Shown: positions 56,653 through 64,000 of the stretch, piece after piece
How the letters are laid out: each line of letters opens with the position of its first letter
Position numbering within the stretch: the stretch's first letter is position 1
Assembly: GCF_964188315.1 (NCBI RefSeq)
Contig: NC_135658.1
Coordinates: 124,001 to 188,000, forward strand
DNA: 64,000 nucleotides
From: Podarcis muralis
Lineage: Eukaryota
Reading direction: 5' to 3'
The notes under the pieces: generated by a model
The model's database searches: none
Seen by the model: the letters and a program-made list of their open reading frames with translations, nothing else
What the model was told of the DNA's origin: nothing
Translations under genes and position numbers: made by a program

Positions 56653-59600
56653 TCACTTCTCCTGCATCTTCTCCAGGATGGGGACGATCATGTCAAATTT
56701 GGGGCGCTTGGCTGGGTCCTCGTTCATGCAGATCTTCATCAGCTTGCAGATGTGGGGGGAGATGCCTGGGGGGATGGTGGGCCGCAGCCCCTCCAGGGCG
56801 ACCTGGGAGGAGGAGGAGGAAGAACAACCTCAGATGGGGCCCCAAGGGTCGCCTAGTCCAACCCGGCCAGGGTGGGGGGTGGGGGTCCTGCCCTGCTGCC
56901 CCTTCCTCACCTTCATGCCAATCTCCATGTTGGAGAGGTCAGCAAAGGGCACTTCCCGCGTCACCAGCTCCCACAGCAGAACGGCGAAGCTCCACATGTC
57001 AGCCGAGCGGCGGTTGATCTCCTCTGCCTTCTTCTGCAGAGCTGCGGGAGCAAAGAGGGGCTGCAGACACGCAGGGGCTGGAAGGGGGACCCCTCCCCAG
57101 CAGGGCAGCTGCTCTGCCTGCACTCGGCTCCCCGGGCAAGCCCAGGGGGGCTTAGGGGTCAGCCCCGACTGCTGCTGGCCAGAGGAGGGCAGTGTGGCAA
57201 AGTGGTCGGAGGCACTCGCAGGAACGCCCCCCCCCCCGGGAGTGCTTTTCAGTTTGAGGTATTCTTCTGCATTGAGCAATAAAATATAATGAAACTAAGG
57301 ATAAGAGCCAGAAAAGATGACAAGTTCGGGGGGGGGGAGGGAGATCTGTGGAACAGCTCTTAGTGCAGTGACTGCTCTGCCCCCGCAGTCGCAGGAGGGG
57401 AGACTGGCTCTGGCGCTTGAATCCTGCTGGTGGGCTCCCCTGAGGGGCATCTGGTCGGCCAGGGGGCGCACCCCCCTTGGCCCGATCCAGCAGGCTCGTC
57501 TTCGGATCTCAGCGGAGGCCAGGGCGCCACTCACCTTCCGGCGCCACCCAGGCTGGCGCATACATCCTGCCAGGGCACTGGAAGGAGAACTTGACGTCTG
57601 CCATGCTGATCCGGGCCGTCATGTCTTCATCGATCTGTGGGGGGAGGGAGGACACAACGGGGAGCTCAGCCTCCTAGAGCAGTGTTTCCCAACCTTTTTT
57701 GGGCAAAGGCACACTTGTTTGATGAAAAAAATCTTGAGGCACACCACCATTACAGCCCCGTGACGTCAACGCTGCCGCCGCCGCTCCCGGCAGGCATGGG
57801 CCCAGCTGAAGCGGCGGCGGCTGTTGTGGTGGTGGCGGCGATAGCGGGCGGAGGAGGGGGCGGCGGCGGGGCCGAGGTGGCCGGCGGCGGCAGGGGAGGC
57901 GGCGGCAGGTGGAGCAGGAGGGCGGCCGAGGCCGGTGAGGGAGTAGGGTTGCCCGGGGCTTGAGGAGCCGTCGCCGGGAGTTGCTGCTGCTGCTGTTGCT
58001 GCTGCTGCCCGGACATGCCGGCCTCCTCCTCGTCCGCTGTCTCGCGCTACTCCCTTTTGCGCGCGCTGCCCTGCCGCCGCCCCATTGGCCGGGTCCTGTC
58101 AGCTGATCCTGTGTTATTTCCTGTGTGTGTGTGTGAGGGGAGAATGGAGAGAGAAACCTCGGCACCACCACCGCGGAGCCGCCCCCGGCTCGACGCGGAT
58201 CCTCACCGCCGCCGCCCCGCCTCTCGCCGCCCGACTCGCCCGCCTCCCTCCCACGGCACACCAGGCAACGTCTCGCGGCACACTAGTGTGCCGCGGAACA
58301 CCGGTTGGGAAACACTGTCCTCGAGACCCCACCCGCCCACTGAACCCCAGAAAGGGCCCCCACGCACCATGATGCTGCGGCTGTTGAGATAGTGGCGCGG
58401 GATGAGGGGCTCCAGGGTGTGTAGGAAGGCCATTCCCCGGGCCACGTCCAGAGCAAACTTCACGGCCTGCGTCTGGTCCACCACAAAGTCTGCAGGGGGA
58501 GAGAGAGCAGGGGGTGGGCAAATATGGGGGGGGAGCCTGCCTCTGCTGGGGTCAGCGCTTGCTCCTGAGCGCTGTCTGGAAGGGTGGGGAGGGCTTCCAA
58601 GGGCTGCCTGTGATTCAGGCTGCCCAAGCCAGGGGCCACAGTGCAAGAATGGCATGAGGCTCTTGGGCAGGGGCCACTCTGGCCCCCCAACCCTTTCTGG
58701 CTCTGGCCATCTACGCACTTTAGGCCTGGAAAGAGGTAAAGGCAGCCAGAAAGCGCTCTGTTCCCTCCCGAGAGCTAGAGAGAGAGCAAAGGATTCCGGC
58801 GTTGCCCGGGGGGGGGGGCTAGATCCCTGGGATCCCTTTCCACACCCCCTGGGGTGCCCCTTGGAAGCAGGGCGAGGTATGGGAAGCAAGACTCACTGGT
58901 GCCTTCGTGGAGCACGTTGTAGAGGGAGCCGTAGGGCATCCAGTGGGTGAGGGTGATGGGGTGCGGAGCAGGAGGGGACTGGCAGGCGCCCAGGACCGGC
59001 AGCACGTTGGGGTGGGAGAAGATCCTGCGAAGGGAAAGGAGGCGAGTGGAGGAAGCAGCCCACCCACCCACCGCCTGCGCTCACGTGGGCAGGCAGGCAG
59101 GGGCAGCCCCACGGGACCCCCCTCCCACCCACCTGAGCTTGGGGTACTCCTCATTGAAGTCGCGGCTCTTGCGGGTCGTCCAGTCTCGGGGCTTGAGCAC
59201 TTTGATGACGATGCCGTTTCCCTGCCAGCGCCCTTCCCAGAGCTGTGGAGAAGGCGGAAGGTCAGAGGGGAGTGGGCAAAGGAGACGGGGGGGTGAGGGG
59301 AAAGGAGCGGCCCCCACCTCTCCAGACTGGTTCTCGTTGAGCTTGTGTCCCAGGGTCAGCTGCCGGAAGTCGATGCCAGCCAGCTTGTTCAAAGTCCCAT
59401 TGCCTAAAAGAGGAGACCATCATTCAGGCGCAGCCTGCAGAAGGAACCCCCCACTGCCCAACCCACTGGGCAAGGAGAGTCCCCTCTGCCCCCCCCCCCG
59501 GCTCCCAGGTCTCCCCCTTCCTGCAGCTCTCTTACGAGGTCTCGTCCGTGTTGTGCCCTTCCAGAAGGTGTCCTTGAAGGGGATGCGCGTGAGGCTCTGG

Positions 59601-62210
59601 CCCAACTTCTCTGCTCGCTCTGGAGGGGGTGGGGAGAGAAAACAGGGATGTTGCGCAGGTGGAAAGGGGGTGGAAAGAGCCCCCCCCCCAGCGCCTGGAG
59701 ACTCACTGAACAGGCAGGGCCAGGAAGCAGGAGGGGGTGCAGAGGAAGGGTGGCAGGAAGCAGCCGGGGAACCCAAGGGAAGAAGGACCAGAGCCCTCAG
59801 GGGTGAGACGTGAGGAGTGGTCAGAGGCAGGAGACTGGGAAGAGGAGGTGAGGGAAGAGGTAGCAGGGTCTAGTCAGCCGGGATCCAGAATCAGAGGCAG
59901 AAGGAGGGGGGCCAAGAGGCAGAGATCAGGCCGGCTGGAGAAGCCGCCAGGTCATATAATGCACTCGGGGAGATATCTTGGCTGAACAAGTGTGTACAAA
60001 CGCTCTAAACAAATTAACAAATGTGGTCTGACCCAAAGGCTGAGTCTGACCAAACTGCGATAGGCAGTGGAAGACAGGAGTGCCTGGCGTGTTCTGGTCC
60101 ATGGGGTCTCGAAGAGTCGGACACGACTAAACAACAACAACTAGTCTGACCCGAAACAAAGGGGGGAAGTAGCTGAAGGCAGCCGCTGAGCAGGGGGGGG
60201 GGGGCTTAAGGAGGCAGGGTGGGCAGGAGCCGCGCTCACCTTTCAGGGAGTCCCGCAGGGGCGCCTTGGCCTTGTCCAGGGGTGTCTCCCCATATTTGTT
60301 GCAGATGCTGACGAGAGCCCCGCTGGCCACCAGGTCCTGAAGGACGGGGAGGGTGAGACCGTCTTCCCACAGCAGCCCTTCTTGCCCAGCCCCCCTCCCC
60401 ACGGGGCACCAGGTCTTCCACCAGCCCCACTCCCCACAGGTCACCACTGCCCTCCTATTAGGGGGCTTTCATTTAGTTTTAAATTGTGTGAATTGGGGGT
60501 ATATGAATTTGCTTGAACAGAGCACGAAGGTTGCCACTGCAGCAGGAAGAGACCCGGCAGCCCCAGGTGCCTCTGCCAAAGCAGCCCTCACCTCAGCCAC
60601 CTGCTCCTGGGCCCAAAAGCAGGCGTAGTGGAGGGGGGCGTTCCCGTGCTCGTTCACCGCGTTGATGTCGGCCTTGAACTGGATCAGCTGAGCAGGGCAA
60701 GAAGACAGAGGGTGGGCTGGGGAAGGAAATCCCACTCCAAAAGACCCCCCACAAAGTGAAATTCACCCACCCCCCGGGGGAGGGAGATGCGCCAGACGCC
60801 CACCCTCTTCCCTCTCCCTGCAGGGGGCGCCCTAGCAGGGGGTGGGGACGACCGGGAGCCTTGGGCAGCCCCCTCCCTGTGGGGTCCCCCCTACCTTCTG
60901 GACAATGTCCCGGTGGCCATGGCTGGCAGCCAGGTGCAGCGGGGTGTCGTCCCCCCGGTTCATGACGTTGATGCGCGCCCCTCGCATGACCAGCATGTCG
61001 ACCACGCTGGAGCGGCCCTCGCGGCAGGCCCAGTGCAGGGGACTGAAGCCGTGGTCATCGCTGCAGGGAGGGAGAGGGGCCTGTTCAGTGCCCAGGGCAG
61101 GAGAGGGGCCAGCCTGGCCAGGGGGCAGAGCTCCAGGGGTCCCGGGGCACCTGGTCAGGGCTGGGGGCGCCAGAGAGTCTGGGAGCGCAGGAATCCCTCC
61201 TCCCTCCCTGAGCTCACTCTTCTTGAGCCAAGCCCAGGAGAAGAGGAAGACCAGGCCTTAAAAGGAGATCTGAGCCAGGAAGACGGGGCAGCCCCCAGGT
61301 CCCAGCCGGGACAGCAGCGAGGGGGCCAAGCAGATGGGAGCATCCCAGGGGAGAAAAGCAACCACTGGCCCGGAAATCAAAGGGTCGCCTAGTCCGGCCC
61401 CTGCAAGGCAGGGATCTCAGCTAAGCATCCTTGACAGATGGCTGCCCAACCTCAACTTAAGAAGCTCCGAGGAAGAAGAGTCTGCCTCCCCTGTAGAACA
61501 GATCAGAAGGGGATCCTGGCCGGCATCACAGACCCCACCCACCCACCCTTCCTGCCACCCCCAAATCCCTTCAAGCCTTGGGGACCAGACTGTGTGGAGG
61601 GGGGGTGGCTGTGGCTGCTTCAGAGGACTAGGAACAAGTTCAGGACCAGAGGAGAATGAAGCCACCCATTTGCCTGACCCTGGACTCCCTAGAGGGATTT
61701 GGGGGTCGTTGCACAGCCCCCGTTTCAAGCCGCCTGCCCCCAGGGAAGGAGGCTGGCTGCTTGGGCAAGGGGCTTCTTCCTTTGACGGGCAGCCCTCACC
61801 TGACCCACCCCCACACTCTGACCCCCACCCCAGGGCTCCTCCACAGCAAGGCTGAAATGAGGGGAGACTGGGCAGCCCCCCTCACTGCCCTCCTCCCCTC
61901 AGGGCTGGGCTGGTGCTTCTGGACTCCTGCCACCTGCTCTGCCATCCAGGCTCCCCCCCGCCCCGCCAGCTCCGGCATCAGAATTCCTGCCGGCGTGTTT
62001 CGGAGCTGCGGTCATTTCCTGTCCTTTCCAGCCAAGGGGACGAAATGCAGGACGAAGGCGGCTCGGGGGGCGGACAGGGGGTCTGGGGCTGCTCCCTCCC
62101 TCCCTCCCGCTCCCCACTCACCCCTGGTTGAGGTCGTTCTCCGTGTTGTCCAGCCAGAGGCGCACGGCCACGGCGTTGCCCTCCCGGCACTGGGTGAAGA
62201 TGTCGTCCAT
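56653..62210 (-). CDS. ILK: Integrin-linked (pseudo)kinase, 452 aa
   Basis: complement(join(56653..56802,56911..57041,57535..57634,58368..58489,58897..59024,59133..59242,59318..59403,59536..59619,60240..60336,60592..60687,60895..61060,62122..62210)) = 1359 nt. [21 protein letters not shown], ankyrin repeats, DVK and APE motifs, ends ILEKMQEK. Start exon acceptor at 62219-62220; upstream non-coding exon donor at 62706. Confidence 0.98.
57680..58317. mobile_element. Non-autonomous hAT element carrying CpG-rich cargo (candidate Pack-hAT) in an ILK intron
   Basis: Perfect 15-bp TIRs CAGTGTTTCCCAACC / GGTTGGGAAACACTG; 8-bp TSD TCCTAGAG (57672-57679) vs TCCTCGAG (58318-58325); repeated subterminal GGCACAC; 22-bp palindrome at 58274-58295. 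Confidence 0.92.
57770..58016 (-). pseudogene. RANBP9: Captured 5' fragment resembling the RANBP9 (RanBPM) N-terminus
   Basis: ORF 57750..58016: [14 protein letters not shown]...[31 protein letters not shown], against recalled human RANBP9 [20 protein letters not shown]...[33 protein letters not shown]. Low complexity, so it needs a search to confirm. Confidence 0.7.
60038..60141 (+). mobile_element. Very short BovB 3' fragment in an ILK intron
   Basis: TGACCAAACTGCG...GGAAGACAGGAGTGCCTGGCGTG...GAAGAGTCGGACACGACTAAACAACAACAAC; flanked by a near-direct repeat T(G/A)GTCTGACCC(A/G)AA at 60024-60037 and 60142-60155. Confidence 0.85.
60817..60830 (+). promoter_or_regulatory. Candidate CTCF site in an ILK intron
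   Basis: CCTGCAGGGGGCGC is one mismatch from the CCASYAGRKGGCRS consensus; motif match only. Confidence 0.4.
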
Positions 62211-62249
62211 GGTCCCTCCTGCCAAAGGAGGGCGGGGAGGGTCAGCCAG

Positions 62250-63176
62250 CGGTCGGAGCCGCGATGAGCCCCCTCGCCCCGCAACCCGGCTGGCCCCCGC
62301 TGCTCGGGCGTCCCGGGCAGCTGCACCCCTCCCGCCCCGAGTAACGGTCCCGAGCGGTCCCGATTCAGGGCGGGAAGAGGGCGATAGGCAGCCGCCCCGA
62401 CGTCCTGCTCTGGAGCCGAGAATCTGGGCTCTAGATCCGGGCAGGAGCCCCCCGACGCCGCCCTTCCGCAGCAGAGCCGCAGCGCCCGGCCGGGAGAGCC
62501 GCTTCCTCGGAGCGGAGCGGGGCGCGATGCCCCCCAGGGTCCCGGGGCAAGAGAGCGGGAGCGGCCGCCCCGAGGGGAAGCCGCCCTCCCGGGCCCCCGC
62601 CGGGCAAGGGCAGCGACGGACGGGCGTGGCCGGGGCTGCTGCGAGGCGAGCGGCCGGGCTGCCCCACCCCGACCCCGGGCGATCCCCGTCTCGCCGTCCC
62701 CTTTACCGTGCCCGATCGCGGCGGCGGCTCCGTGTGTGGCGCGTCCCGTCGGCTCGGCTCCTCCCCGCCGCTCCCTCGGGCGGCTCCCGCCGGAGACCGC
62801 CCCCTCCCGGCCTCGGCTCCCCTCCGACGGCCCCGCCGCTCCCGCCCCGCCCGGCAGCAGAGGCTCCGCAGCAGCGGCCACGGGCGCCACCAGGCGGCGC
62901 TGCAAAGCCCGGCCAGGGCCGGGGGTCCCGGGCGCCCCGCCTCCGTCCCAGACAGGCCCCCGAGGGCGGACTCTGCTCCCCCAGCCCGCCCGGGCGCGCC
63001 CCAGGCACGGGGGTCTCTCTCCGCCGCCTCCCTCCGAGGGCGCCCCTTCCTCCAGCGCCGCTTGCTGGGGCGGCCTCCGGGCGGCAGGGGGAGCCCGCGC
63101 GCGGCTCTGGCGGCGAGGTGGTCTCAGTCTAGAGTGCCGCCCGGAGACCCGGAACTTCCGCCAGCGTGAGCGCCTG

Positions 63177-63210
<34 letters not shown>

Positions 63211-63226
63211 TCTTTCCCCCGGGAGG
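62250..63226. promoter_or_regulatory. ILK/RRP8 bidirectional CpG-island promoter including ILK non-coding exon 1 (low end 62707)
   Basis: Head-to-head start codons (62210 on -, 63227 on +); inverted ETS pair CCGGAACTTCCG at 63149-63160; donor GTAAAG on the minus strand at 62706. Confidence 0.8.
63178..63207 (+). repeat. (GCT)10 trinucleotide repeat in the probable RRP8 5'UTR
   Basis: Perfect repeat ending 20 nt upstream of the RRP8 ATG. Confidence 0.9.
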
Positions 63227-63560
63227 ATGTTCGAGGAAGCCCCGTGGGGCGAGGCGGCGGAGCTGGCGCTGCCGGGCCCGCGGGCCGAGGCGAGTCCCTC
63301 TGGGGGCCGCCCCCCGCCCAGCCCCGCCCAGCGCCGGCGTCTCCTGGCCACCCTGCGCCGCCTGCAGAGCTCGGCGCCGCGCCCGCCCTCCCCGTCCTCC
63401 TCCTCCGGCCGAGGCAGCAGCGCGTCGGACTCGGAGGCCGAGCAGCAGCCGGAGAGGAAGCGCGCCAGGAAGGGGCCGCAGGCGGGGTCGCCCCCCGGAG
63501 CTCCGCAGTCGCAGCAGCAGCGCCTCCCGGCCCGGAAGGAGGAGCCGGCGCCCCGAGCAG
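63227..63560 (+). CDS. RRP8: Ribosomal RNA-processing protein 8 / nucleomethylin, first coding exon (gene continues beyond the window)
   Basis: MFEEAPWGEAA...QRRRLLATLRRL...SDSE matches recalled human MFEEPEWAEAA...KRRQLLATLRAL...SDSE; probable donor CAG|GTGATG at 63560; syntenic position next to ILK. Confidence 0.85.
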
Positions 63561-64000
63561 GTGATGCCTGCGGTGCCCCTGCCCTGCCCGCTTGGCTGTG
63601 GCCGAGAGAATTGCCCGGTGTGCAAAGGCGGGCCAGGGGGGTTAGGCTGGGTTGTATACCTGCAGGAGGGTTCGGGTGGCGGCAAGCGGCAAGCTGCCTT
63701 CTCGCGGGACTCTCGGCGGCTATGCTCCTTTGCTGTGGATTTCCCATCATCTCAGTCCCTGGGGGCCTCTCCAGGTGTGTGTGGGGGGGGCTGGTCCCTC
63801 TGCCTGAAACCCCAGAGGGTTCTTGCCACCAGCAGTCAGTGCACAGAGCCCTGGACTAGAGAGATCATCTGGGCCGGGGGGGGAGGGGCGATGGAGCCCA
63901 GGGCTAAGCACCTCTGTCCTTGCCCTGTCCAGACAAGGCAGCTGGAGGCGGAGACCCTGAGCCCAGCAGCAAGCAGAGGAGCGCTGGGGCAAAGGACCCA

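Noticed and set aside
58368-59242. Possible catalytic reactivation of ILK
   Set aside because: The HRD-equivalent is HYL and the DFG-equivalent is DVK, so it remains a pseudokinase.
1-64000. CRISPR arrays, rRNA genes, operons or prokaryotic defence systems
   Set aside because: The sequence is spliced vertebrate DNA; I saw no regularly spaced repeat-spacer arrays or rRNA-like segments.

Overview
This is eukaryotic, GC-rich squamate DNA, most likely a lacertid lizard judging by its repeats (Sauria SINE, BovB, Squam3-like SINE, CR1, L2, L1, RTE, hAT MITEs). It carries five genes in the order known from human 11p15.4: DCHS1 (+, 20 coding exons, 3240 aa, 27 cadherin repeats), TPP1 (+, 13 exons, 577 aa), TAF10 (+, 5 exons, 234 aa), ILK (-, 12 coding exons, 452 aa) and the first coding exon of RRP8 (+), head-to-head with ILK. 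All splice junctions were read by hand (GT-AG, phases consistent). The most striking observation is a 638-bp hAT element in an ILK intron (perfect 15-bp TIRs, 8-bp TSD). Its CpG-rich cargo encodes a Q/P/A-rich peptide that I recognise from memory as the N-terminus of RANBP9, with an upstream CCAAT box and a Kozak ATG, i.e. a candidate gene-capturing Pack-hAT. Other notable points: three L2 insertions all nested in CR1 remnants, an OposCharlie1-like MITE, a CLEAR-motif cluster at TPP1, an orphan CpG island after DCHS1, a stop-free G-quadruplex-like TAF10 intron, and an intronic ATG plus signal-peptide-like stretch in frame with the last DCHS1 exon. Family names come from recalled consensus sequences; no database search was run.
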